Assembly: GCA_036785375.1 (NCBI GenBank)
Contig: JAWMAR010000259.1
Span: 1,860,001 to 1,924,000 of the forward strand
Source: Leucoraja ocellata
Taxonomy: Eukaryota
Reading direction: 5' to 3'
DNA length: 64,000 nucleotides
Under the pieces are notes generated by a model, which had not been told where the DNA came from, did not search any database, and saw nothing but the letters and a program-made list of their open reading frames with translations. Below, piece after piece: positions 12,953 through 24,358 of this stretch (positions are counted from its first letter, which is position 1; the number at the start of each line of letters is the position of its first letter). The position numbers and the translations under genes are program-made.

Positions 12953-13115
12953 GGTACTATAAATCACTTTACATGCTGATGAATCATAGGCTTCCATCAA
13001 GTTTAGAATATTCTGATGTTTCACGGGCTTCACGTGTTCCACTTGCAATTACACTGTTAGAGAATTTTCTGAAGCCACTGCACTTTCAATATGCCTCGTG
13101 CCCTGAAGGTTCAAG
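12953..13115 (+). CDS. UBE3C: UBE3C coding exon (~exon 7)
   Basis: ttgcag|...|gtgaga; 163 nt, GYYKSLYMLMNHRLPSSLEYSD...LKPLHFQYASCPEGS. Confidence 0.95.
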
Positions 13116-14524
13116 GTGAGAGGAAAATATCAAATAATGGTTAACTGATTGATGATACTGCAATGCTTTTTAAATTCAAATAATTTCTGTGTATTAGACG
13201 TCTTTATAATGTGTCCTGTTGCTGCTACAATGCAGTGTATCATAGTTTATGTCAAATGCATATTTGGGTTTTTTCATGTCAAGTTCATTTTTTAATTGTT
13301 TACTAGCAATGAACTAACCTAACCAAGTAACTAAGCATGTTGATGAGAGTAGATGATAGTCAACATGGACTTTAATAAGGCTTTTGACAAGTCCTACTAG
13401 TGAGGATGGTTCAAAAGGTGAAAAAACAAGATTCATAGTAGTTTGGCAAATTGGATCCAAAATTGGGTTGGTGGTAGATGATGGCAAAATATTGTTTTAT
13501 GATTGGGACCAAGCTCTAAAAAAATAATTTTTTAGTGGATTCTATAGTGCACTTCTATCAAAGTGATCACCCCATCCTTATTTCTGAGTTCCACCGATAT
13601 AGCATCTCTAGATTGTTCCATAGGTCTAAGTGCGGCCTAAATGGCATCCCCAATCAAAGGAACAAGTCCTCCTCTCTCACCCCCAGCTCTATCACAGCTG
13701 CAGTGTACTCTGAAACGTTGAGCTGCCAATCCCTCTGTAAAAGGGATTGAGTTGCCAATCCTATGTTCTGCAAAAACTATAATATTACATTTGATTCTGA
13801 CCACGCTCTGAATTTATCTGTCTTCCGTCATGCTTCTATTTAAAAAAAAAAGTAGTTTCAGACTTTCCTGCTCCAGTCTGCGCTGCCTTCTGAACTTGCT
13901 CAGTTCATCTCTTTTATCTGTCTCAACTTTCTCATCTGCCACGCTGTAGCCATGGCTTCCATCCCCCTCGTCCTGCCAGGTTATCCCTCCCAAGCTGCTC
14001 GAGCAAATCGCCCCGCCGAGATATTGGTTCCCACACCAATTCAGGTGCAACCTATTCCTTACGTACAGGTCACCTTAGTCCCATAAGAGACAGCAATGGA
14101 TGAAAAACCTAAATCCTTTCCTCTTGCAGCAACTCATTAGTGCCACATTCATCTGCTCTAACCTCTCATACCATCCTTCCCTGCACATAGAAATTAGGTG
14201 CAGGAGTAGGCCATTCGGCCCTTCGAGCCTCCATGGCAATGGAAGTAATCCAGAATTTGTAACCCTCAATATCCAGCTTTTTATCCATCTGCCTAACTCC
14301 CTATGTTCAATCTGCAGGACTTTGTCTTGTTCTACCTTTATAATGTTAAATAGATTGGGAGGAGAGAGGAGCATTTAGTTTATCTTTTTTGAGCCCTTTA
14401 AATTCATAAAAAGGTGGATTATGTGTACTTTCATGTCATATTTTTTTTTTTGCGATTTGCAGTGTAATTTATTAACTGCCAACCTGCTCTTATTTGAAAA
14501 TCATGAGTATACTTGTTCACACAG

Positions 14525-14757
14525 GCATCAGGTTTTTGCTATATTGGCAAAAGAGTTTTTCACTGCACCATTCACAGACCAGATCTTCAACTTCCTTGTT
14601 CCGGCACTTTCTGCTGCAAGGATTTCGTTTCCTTATGTACCTTTCTTAACCGCACTGTTAATACCGAAGACAACCTCGTCAGTGGGACTCGCTTATACCA
14701 GGGATATGGCACCTTGGCTTCTTTACTTCGTTCTTGCTGTTGGAGAACCACAGATAG
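14525..14757 (+). CDS. UBE3C: UBE3C coding exon (~exon 8)
   Basis: cacacag|...|gtatgt; 233 nt, HQVFAILAKEFFTAPFTDQIFNFLVPAL...APWLLYFVLAVGEPQI. Confidence 0.95.
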
Positions 14758-15099
14758 GTATGTTTTCTGTTGCCCTTTTTGTTAGCACATAGAAGTTGCA
14801 TCTTATACTACTATGATTTGCGATTAGAATTGTAAATCTTTCTCTAAAAATTGATTGTGAGTGCTGCATCTCACTCATTGTTATATCATAGTGTTTAACT
14901 GAAAAAATATACTAAAGTAAGCTGACTTTGGTACATTTTGGTTGTTTTATTTGTACTTGGTCCTCAGCAAATCTTTGTTTCTCTATCGGGTGTGATTTTG
15001 CTGTCTGAGCATTGGGCTACTTGCAGTGGTGTTCTGCGTTAATGTACTTTTGGTGTTTGAGGTACATCAATCTTGCATTTTATGTACTCCCTCATTTAG

Positions 15100-15254
15100 C
15101 AATTCTGTCTGAGGAAGGCATGCTTGTTTATCTGAGGATGCTGCAGATTCTTTTACCACAGTTACCCGTCTCCTTGACTGGGACAAATGGCAGAGAAATT
15201 GGGAGCGACTCAGAGAACGAAGAGGAGGAGGAGCGTAAGATGATAACCAACAAG
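15100..15254 (+). CDS. UBE3C: UBE3C coding exon (~exon 9)
   Basis: catttag|...|gtaaga; 155 nt, ILSEEGMLVYLRMLQILLPQLPVS...SDSENEEEEERKMITNK. Confidence 0.95.
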
Positions 15255-15481
15255 GTAAGAGGAACATGTAATTGCTTTTGGTTTTTTTCCAGCTGCATTT
15301 AAAAATATTTATTTTAAATGTGTACATTTTCTTGAAAGTAATTTGCAAAGATTCTTAGTAGGATTTATTTGATCTTGTTGATGTTAACGTTATGGGTTGT
15401 GCTCATTTTATAGATTAAAAGCAATGTTCAGTAACTTCTTGTGGGCTATTGAGAATTTTCTTTGGTCAAACTAATTGAAAC

Positions 15482-15790
15482 TTATTCTCACCCTGGCCAC
15501 AAACTGTTTGAATCACTTCCCTCTGGAAGGAGATTCTGGACTGTCAAAACTGCCACAGCCAGACATAAAAAAATGATTTTTCCACGAGTAGTAGCTCTAC
15601 TCAATAACCAAAAACATGTAGCTTCCTTTTGCTCTGGTATTTTATTTAATTCACGTGTTTAATCGATAATGTTTTATTATTAATGTTTATGTGTCATTCC
15701 TAACTGTCACTGTATGCCATGTTGTAACTTGTGGGCGGAGCACCAAGACAAATTCCTTGTATATGAATACTTGGCGAATAAACTTATTAA
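15482..15790 (+). mobile_element. Rex1/Babar LINE 3' end
   Basis: HPGHKLFESLPSGRRFWTVKTATARHK..FPRVVALLN followed by a 3' UTR with aataaa. Confidence 0.75.
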
Positions 15791-16424
15791 TCAATTAATT
15801 GGTTAATAAACAAATACATTAATTATTTGAGTGATAAATTAATTAATTCATTTTATCGTCATCAATTAATTGATATTCAAACCTTCTTAAAGCATCATGG
15901 TACCTTATCCAAAGTCTCTGATCATGTGCAATTACAAAATGTGATGAGTTAACAAGATTTTTAATTATGCCTTGATTATATTTCAAGTAGGTATGAAAAT
16001 GACTTCTTAGTTTAAAAAAATTCCAAATCAGACATTTGTATCATGATCATTTCTGATTCTGCAACTTGTTCATGGTCTTGAACTTTGTTCGTTATTGAAG
16101 AGTGATACACTTCCATCCTCTCCATGTAAACCGTATGTTCATCTAAAGCCTCTTGAAAACCAATATCATATCTGATTCCATCACTACCCCTGGCAGTGAC
16201 ATGCCCCACACATCTCCTTTAAGCATTATTCCAATAAAGTCTGTAATTTTCATGTCAGCATTTTATCACCCTTTTAGTTTATCGACAAATTTAATTTCTA
16301 ATCTTTCCTTTTTTGCACTATCCCTTTAAAAATTGTGATTTATTTTGGTCATGGTGCTGCTATTCAAATACTTCTAATTAATTGATTATTTTGTATAATA
16401 TGTGTGCACAGTAAATATAGAGTT

Positions 16425-16722
16425 TAGACTTTAGAGATACAGCATGGAAACAGGCCCTTGCCACCACCGAGTCTGCGCCGACTCGCGACCACCCCTTACA
16501 CTAGCACTATCCTACACACCAGGGACAATTTACAGAAGCCAATTAATCTACAAACCTGTATGTCTTTGGAGTGTGGGAAGAAACCAGAGTAGTCGGAAAT
16601 AACCTACACAGTCAGAGGGAGAACTTATAAACTCTGAACAGTCAGCTCCTCTAGTCAGAATCGAACACTGGTCACTGACGCTGTAGGGCAGCAATTCCAC
16701 CGCTGCGCCACTGTGCTGCCCT
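16425..16722 (-). mobile_element. HE1-like V-SINE, nearly full length, just upstream of exon 10
   Basis: tagagatacagcatggaaacaggccc...ccaattaatctacaaacctg...ccgctgcgccactgtgctgccc. Confidence 0.8.
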
Positions 16723-16748
16723 GAACTTGTACTCTGTTCTGTTTAAAG

Positions 16749-16936
16749 GGCAATGGTAGAATTTCGGTGAATTTAATTACTGCCGAGTGTCTCAAGAAGC
16801 TGGACACTAAACAACAAACAAATGCCTTGCTAAACCTGGTTTGGAGGGAATCTGTAAGTGAAGATGTTTTCACTATGATGGCGTCCATCTGTCACACACT
16901 GATGGTACAACACAGAATGATGGTTCCAAAAATCAG
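16749..16936 (+). CDS. UBE3C: UBE3C coding exon (~exon 10)
   Basis: tttaaag|...|gtaggt; 188 nt, GNGRISVNLITAECLKKLDTKQQTNALLNLVWRES...CHTLMVQHRMMVPKI. Confidence 0.96.
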
Positions 16937-17577
16937 GTAGGTGGGTTACCACAGAAGAATTAATTTCTTAAATAATTATACTTGGGAAAGTTACTTTTTG
17001 AGGTGAATGGTCTGAAAATGGTCAAAAGCAGCTCTGAAAATGAAGTTGTGCAGATATTGAAAATATTGACAATTTTCCTTAATATGGACATGAACTAAAA
17101 TATATTTGAGATCTCCCAATTTTGATTTTGCCTTGGAGGAAGTTTCTTGGCTTCAAAAATGCAACAGGTTTCCGTCAAAGTATTCCTTCCATGTTATCAT
17201 CTGAACAGCGGGTAGTAAGATTCTAATTTGAGAGATGTGCAGGATGTTTTGCATTTGTTAAGTGAAAATTGAACAAAAATGGAGGTAAGATTTTAAAAAT
17301 AAAGCGATGGAGACAAAAGATGAAAACAGTCCATTTATCCATCTGTAAGCACATTAAAATTGGAGGCATAACTTTTGTCAGCAGTAGAGTGTCTATGCAC
17401 AGACACAACATGGAGATGTACGAATACTGTGACACACACATCGATTAATTTCAAATCGTAGGAGTTCATATACCTTAATAGTTCATTGCCTGCAGTAATC
17501 ATTGAATCGTTAAAGACCAGAAGAAACCATTCAACTAATCAAGTCTTCAAGTGTGAACTTCAGGGGCCAATTTAAAT

Positions 17578-17972
17578 TAGTTTTAGTTTAGTTTAGTTTT
17601 GTCACGTGCACTGAGGTACAGTGAAAAACTTTTTGTTGCGTGCTATCCAGTCAGCAAAACGACTACACATGATTACAATCAAGCCGTCCACTGTATTGAT
17701 ACGGGATAAAGGGAAGAGCGTTTTGTGCACGTTAAAGTCCAGTCAAATCCAATTAAAGATAGTCTGACGGTGGCTCATGAAGTAGATGGTAAGTCAAGAC
17801 CACTCTCTAGTTGGTGATGGGATGGATCAGTTACCTGACAACAGCTGAGAAGAAATTATTCCTGCATCTGGAGGGATACATTTAGACATTTCAGTACCTC
17901 TTGGCTGATGGGAGAGCGGAGAAGAGGAAGTGGCCAGGGTGAGACTCATCCTTGATTATGCTGGTGGCCTTA
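17578..17972 (-). mobile_element. Rex1-like LINE 3' end (same family as 45257-45650 and 48770-49260)
   Basis: Shared tail tttagttt...gtcacgtg..ctgaggtacagtgaaaa..tttgttgcgtgctatccagtcagc. Confidence 0.65.
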
Positions 17973-18359
17973 CTTCCTACTGCAAAATAATGACTTTTTT
18001 TGTGCTGTTTCTCCATATCTTACGATACTTTTTAAAACTACTTTGGCAGAGCCTGTTAAATTAGATTTTATGGAATAATGTCGATCGTGGAAAATTGACA
18101 TAAATGTAAAAAATATTTTTATACTACTTTATACTACCTGATATTGCTTCACTGCAGTATTGGCCTGTGCTGAATGCTCATCCTTGGAATTAAGTACAAC
18201 AATTGGAAGCAAGTGTCTGTTATTTATCCTTTTATGTCTGTTCAAAGAGATCATGACTGATCCATTACTTAAGTGACACTTAGCAGGGCTAACCTCATCC
18301 CTTAATTCCCATAATATACAAAATACTATTGATCTTTAATGTGCTCATCAACTGAGCCT

Positions 18360-20254
18360 CTGAGTTCATCAGGCGGAGGCCCAATTCAACCTGCGGGGCA
18401 TCACAGTCGATGCCACCCGTTTCTATTACCTGGTGGGGGCCCTCGACCAGGACACGGTTGAAGAGGTCACAGACTTCCTCGCAGCTCCCCCGGCCACTGA
18501 GAAATACCTCGGCCTTAAGGAGCTCCTGCTCCAGATTTATGGACTCAGCAGGATGGAGCATGCTGCCAGGCTACTGCATATGGAGGGCCTAGGCGACCGA
18601 CTGCCATCAAGCCTCTTAAAAGAGATGGTTGCGCTCCTGGATGGGCACACGCCATGCATAATGTTTGAATATACATACCTCCATCTTCTGCCAGCCTACA
18701 TCCGTCTGCAGCTCATGGACATCTCCTTCGCCGACACCAGGGTCCACGGATGGCGCGCCCTGATGACGTCAGCGCGCTGGCCGTCGTCAGACACTGAGAC
18801 GCGCTGTGGACGGTGCGCCCTGATGACGTCAACGCGCTGGCCGGCGGCAGGTGCACTGATGACGTCACCCCGGCAGCTCCCGATTTCCTCCGGTGGGGCG
18901 GGGGAGTTGTGGAAGGAGTGACAGCTCCATCCCGGAGGCCTGTAAGATCGCCCCCCGCCGCCGTGTCGGGTACTGCACCTGCAGTCCAGCGCCAGCAAGC
19001 TCCAAGTGCCACCAGCAGGAGGCGGCCATGTCCGTGCGCCTCTCCAGGAGTTCGGTCTACCTCACCGGCGATTCAACCATCTCCACGTGGACATTGTGGG
19101 GCCTCCTCCGCCGTCCCGGGGCATCACCCACCTCCTCACGTTGGTGGACCGCTTCACACGGTGGATGGAGGCCATACCGTTGGCCGGTACTTCAACGGCT
19201 ACATGCGCTCGTGCGTTGTCCGCGCACTGGATTGCTCGCTTTGGCGTGCCGGCGCACGTATCCCCGGACCGGGGGCCACAGTTCACCTCCGAGCTGTGGT
19301 CGGCCATGGCTCGCTTGCTCGGGGTGCGGCTGCACCACACCACAGCTTATCACCCACAAGCTAACGGTCCAGTGAAGAGGTTCCACCGGCAGCTCAAGAC
19401 TCTCCGGCCCGGACTGGATGGACGAGTTGCCGTGGGTCATGCTGGGCATCCGGACTGCTCCTAAAGAGGACTTGGCCTCATCATCAGCGGAGCTCGTGTA
19501 TGGGTCGCCGCTCACGGTGCCCGGGGAGTTCGTGCTGTCAGCGCCAAGGCAGCAGGGAACGCCGGCATCCACCTTAAAGCGCCTTCGCGAGGGAGTTGGC
19601 AGGCTTTCACCCGTCCCGACGTCCTGCCATGAGACATTTCGCCCGCATATGCCATCGGCCCTCCGGGACTGCCCGTACGTCTTCCTGCGCCGCGATGCCC
19701 ACCGGACGCCACGCCAGAGTCCGTACGAGGGCCCGTTCCGGGTGCTGGAACACGGGCAGACGACGTTTGTGCTGGACATGGGGGGCCGGCCGGAGGCTGT
19801 GTTGATTGACCGGTTGAAGCCGGCACACCTGGACATTGGGCGCAACCTCGCCCTTCACGGCTCCCTCCACCTGTCACTCCACCTGTCCTCCCGCCGGTCC
19901 CTCGACCTAACCCTCCACCTGTCCCTCCAGCTGTGCCTCCGCCAGCCCCCCGATCGGCTGACATCCGCACGCGGGCCGGCCGGGTCGTGCGCCCGCCGGT
20001 GCGTTTCGTGCCTTGGGTTCTGGGGGGGGGGGGGGGTGTCCTGTGGCGGCTCCCAAGGGTCGGGCCATCTTAACTGTCAAACCCCTCGGCATGGGAACGG
20101 TTCAGTCCAGAGGCGGCCCTTAACCAGAGGGCTTAAAGGCAAGGGTGGTGCCATCTTTCTCTCGTGGACTTCCCTACAACTGGGAGGAACACAAATAAAG
20201 GTGCCTCTCGAAATACCTGACTCCTCTCTTTCGTTTCGGGACCTACGCACCACA
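18360..20254 (+). mobile_element. Defective Gypsy LTR retrotransposon: gag body, integrase, PPT and 3' LTR (20042-20254)
   Basis: gag QAEAQF..RGIT.D.TRFYYLVGALD...GLGDRLPS; IN HLHVDIVGP, VDRFTRW, DRGPQFTSELW, TTAYHPQANG; PYEGPFRVL; G-run PPT; LTR TGTGGCGG...CACCACA with AATAAA. Confidence 0.92.
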
Positions 20255-20979
20255 ATTTAATCCCTCTTTCTCATCCGCCCTGTACATTACCTGCAATTTT
20301 ACAGCGACCAATTAATCTAGAAACATACATATCTTCAGGATATGGGAGGAAACGCCCACAGGTGCTCCAATTTCAATGAATAGAAATAAAGCACCTTTGA
20401 AACTGGAGCATCTGGAGGAACCCACACAGTCACAGGGAGGATGTACAAACTCGGCATGGACGAACCCAATATCAGGATCCAGCCTGTGTCTTTGGTGCTG
20501 TGCCACAAATACTGTATATGTTGAAATCCTGGTTTGGAACTTATACAGCTCAATAAACAAAGACCCTAAATCTATGGATGACAAAATATTGATGATCATG
20601 TGAACTACATGTAAAATTGGCTATAGTACACGGGTCGGACCATAGGAAGAAGTAATCAGGAAGATGGTACTTAAGGGTTTTTGGAGCAGATTTCACATTA
20701 TTAAGTCTTGAATCTTTGGGGTCTATTCTCTCCCATGCTTTCACGAGAGTTAATTTTCAATTCCTCCTGCATTCATATTTTAGTAACTTGCTGCTGTAGA
20801 CCTTTGCTCTTTGGTTAGCCAAATTGCTAACACTTTTTGCAGGTGATTGCTTCATGCACTGTCCGATGAATGTTGCGTATGCAAGAAACTTGGTACCATT
20901 GATTCCTGGAATGTGATGTTGATGCAGTCAAAATTTGGGGCAAAATGTAATGTTGAGGCAGGATGTCTTGAACAGTACA

Positions 20980-21462
20980 TGGAAACTAGATGCAGGAGTA
21001 GGCCATTCGGCTCTTCGAGCCTGCACCGCCATTCAATATGATCATGGCTGATAATCCAACTCAGTATCCTGTACCTGCCTTCTCTTCATACCCCCTGATC
21101 CCTTTAGCCACAAGGGCCACATCTAACTCCCTCTTAAATATAGCCAATGAACTGGCCTCAACTACCTTCTGTGGCAGAGAATTCCGCAGATTCACCACTC
21201 TCTGTGTGAAAAATGTTTTTCTCATCTCGGTCCTAAAAGACTCCTTAAACTGTGACCCCTTGTTCTGGATTTCCCCAACATCGGGAACAATCTTCCTGCA
21301 TCTAGCCTGTCCAACCCCTTAAGAATTTTGTAAGTTTCTATAAGATCCCCCCTCAATCTTCTAAATTCTAGCAAGTACAAGCCAAGTATATCCAGTCTTT
21401 CTTCATATGAAAGTCCTGACATCCCAGGAATCAGTCTGGTGAACCTTCTCTGTACTCCCTCT
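20980..21462 (-). mobile_element. 5'-truncated HER1/CR1 LINE
   Basis: Near-identical to 8251-8770 with a small internal deletion near 21240. Confidence 0.9.
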
Positions 21463-22438
21463 ATTCACCACATTAAGGGTAATAGTCGGGCTTGATTATT
21501 CTATTATGTGGCTTGATTATTTTTTTGTTGGGTATGTTGGAACCGAACTTTCCTTCAGGATCATAAATAGCTGAGGTTTAACTCTCATGGCATCGGAGGA
21601 AATTGTATATTTATCCTGTACCTTGAATCTGGCTTTTACGTGGGGCCCAGTCGCCATCTTATAGCTCAGATTGGACGAGCACAAAGAACATCTCTTTGAA
21701 CAGTGGTGAATTTCTCAAACAAAGCGTTTTGTTCAAGGCTTTAACAGTACACACTGGGACGCACTCTGAGAGAACCTAGTGTTTCAAAGAGTCCCAGCAC
21801 CCACAGTCTCTTATGTTCTGTGTTTCAATGATTACACGTGGATATTACATTGTTGAAATAATTTATCGGTCATCAATGTTGATTTGTAATCATTCATCCT
21901 TGTTTTCTCTCTTAGAGCAACCTTCAACTTTCTGTCTCCTCTTAATTAATTCTCCTCTTAAATCAGAGGGCAATTTATTTAACTAATTAATTAATAGAAA
22001 ATCACCCTATTTGGGTGCAATAAAGAACTCTTCTTATTTCATGATTAGTTTTATTGTCCTTAGCTTAGTTCAGAACATTCTATGTTGGTCACAACTACAA
22101 CTAGCTATGACTTGTTGTCTAAATACATCCTAGAACTATCTATTGCTTCTCCTCACATGACCTCGACGTTATCTTCACTATGTGGCCTTTTTTCCCATCG
22201 TGCTTCCCGAGTATGTATGCTCTTGGTTTCTACATTTTCCAAACCTGTCATTTTTCTAATTTCCAGTATTTCCTACATCACATAGTGTAGACACTGTGGC
22301 TGGTACAAGGAGATTTATGTGACATAGTCTTGTTTATCCATGCCAATATAATTGTCTTTTGGTGTCCATGGTGTCATCAAAAACCAAGTTATTGTGGTTT
22401 TCAGCTCATGTGATTCAAGGCTTTTTAATTTTAATTTA

Positions 22439-23277
22439 CAGTAAAAGCTCGCTATAACGGACCACACGGGGAGATCGTATCCATTATTACCGATTGTCCG
22501 CTATAACCGAGTAAGGGGGTTAATATCTACAGTACTAATGGAAAAATAGCCAATAAACATACACTACACTGTTTATTATGTCCCACTATCTTGGGACAAC
22601 ACAGTACAAAATACACAATACCTTGAGTCCGCACCGTGGTGTCATGGTAGAGTCGCTACCATACAGTGCCAGAGACACGAGTCTAATCATGACCGTGGGT
22701 GCTCCCTTTGGCAGCGTGGGTTTCCTCTAGGTGCTCGGGTTACCTCTCGTGTTGCAGAGACGTGTAGGTTAGTTTTGCTTCTGTCGGTCGTGCTGCTTAC
22801 TCATGAAGTCGCTGCCTTGTGGGGCTGGGGGCCTGGGTTCGATCCTGGCCTCGGGTGCGCTCTGTGGCCATGTGGGTTTCCTCTGGGTGCTCCGGTGCAC
22901 TGGTTCTATCGTACACCCTGTGAGTTGTCCCTAGTGTTTTGGGTAGAGCTGGTGTGCCGGCCGCCTGGGTGGGGGATGCAGGATCGGGGAAACCCACGCT
23001 GTAACAATGGCTTTGTTTTAGCGTTGCGAGAGGAGAGATAGATCCACTGCAGTAGTTATATGGGGAGATAGATGGAGCCACTGTGATAGTGTATGGATGA
23101 TCAGTGGTCGGCACGGACTTGGTATTTCCATGCTGCATCTCTCAACCAAACAAAATTAAAATGGTTCAAAACGGCATTTATTCCATCCACCCAGTGGTCA
23201 TTCTTTGATACAGTGATCTCAGTCTACAACAAATGTGATCTGCCATAACCAAAGCCCGTTTCAACGAGGGTTTACTG
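22439..23277. mobile_element. Tigger/pogo-like non-autonomous element containing nested V-SINE copies (~22630-23145, + strand)
   Basis: ta|CAGTAAAAGCTCGCTATAAC ... GTTTCAACGAGGGTTTACTG|tt imperfect TIRs; nested SINE motifs gggtttcctctgggtgctccgg. Confidence 0.55.
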
Positions 23278-23443
23278 TTCTTTTAGGTGTTTACTGTTAC
23301 TAGTTTCTGAATTGCAACACTTCCATTATTTCCCTAAATCTTGCTGTTTTCTTTTATATGAAAGAATTATGTGTTTTTCATTGACGCACTTGCAGTATCT
23401 TTGCTACAAATAATGTTAGTGAGTGCGATCATAGATTTAGGGT

Positions 23444-23800
23444 AAAGATAGACACAAACAGCTGGAGTAACTCGGCAGGTCAGGCACCATCTCTGGAGAA
23501 TAGGGATAGGTGATATTTTGGGTCAAGACACTTCTTCAGGCTGGTCTCGACCCAAAATATCACCGGTTCCCTTTCTCCAGAGATGCTGCCTGACCCGTCG
23601 AGCTACTCCAGTGTTTTGTGTCTTATCTTCGGTGCAAACCAGCATCTGTAATTCCTTCCCACACCATAGATTCATGGTCTGTGCAGCAAAGAACTGCAGA
23701 TGCTGGTGTAACTGGAAGGTAGACCCAAAATGCTGGAGTAACTCAGCAGGACAGGCAGCATCTCTGGAGAGAAAGAATGGGTGACGTTTCGGGTCGAGAC
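23444..23800. repeat. Palindromic Penelope-tail-derived repeat (23444-23662) plus an extra arm (23680-23800)
   Basis: Arms gctggagtaactc..caggca.catctctggaga / tctccagagatgctgcctg...tactccag match the 3' tail of the Penelope element at 45128-45256. Confidence 0.75.
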
Positions 23801-23834
23801 GAGGATTGATGAATGTCTTTACTAAGTTTTCTAT

Positions 23835-24007
23835 AGGGCCTGTCCCACTTGGGCGTCATTTGCACGTCACACAGGTGGCGCGCGAAGAATTTGTAAATCC
23901 CCAAATCCTGGGGCGCCACGCCTACGTCACCATGCACCATGCGCGCATCACGTGTGCATCGAGACGCGTAAATGACGCGCAATTTACGCCCAAGTGGGAC
24001 AGGCCCT
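23835..24007. mobile_element. PIF/Harbinger-like MITE
   Basis: Perfect TIRs AGGGCCTGTCCCACTTGGGCGT / ACGCCCAAGTGGGACAGGCCCT. Confidence 0.8.
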
Positions 24008-24061
24008 TAGGTTACATGGTTTACTAACATAGGTCAAATTTCAAACCAATATTTAAATATT

Positions 24062-24161
24062 GATCAGTCTGAAGAAGGGTTTTGGCCCGAAACGTTACCA
24101 ATCTCCTTCGCTCCATAGATGCTGCTGCACCCGCTGAGTTTCTCCAGCATTTTTGTGTACC
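24062..24161 (+). mobile_element. 100-bp Penelope-type insertion carrying a minimal hammerhead motif, with 10-bp TSD
   Basis: TTTAAATATT direct repeats at 24052-24061 and 24162-24171; CTGAAGA-a-GGGTT-tt-GGCCC-GAAA-CGTT. Confidence 0.7.
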
Positions 24162-24358
24162 TTTAAATATTCAATTATGGTTTGCTGTTTTTTCCCCCAA
24201 AAAATGCTTTGTAAATACTGATCTTTCATAATGGGGTGTTAATCTTGGTGATAATTACTCTGACTTTGTCACTTAGGTGTAAAAAGATCCCACCCCCATT
24301 GTTCAAAGTTCTTACAGTATTTTGGTTACCATGAATCAATTTATGAAAAACAGTGACA

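Noticed and set aside
18740-18880. Spaced direct repeats superficially like a CRISPR array
   Set aside because: Only 2-3 imperfect units within Gypsy gag in a vertebrate genome; no cas genes.
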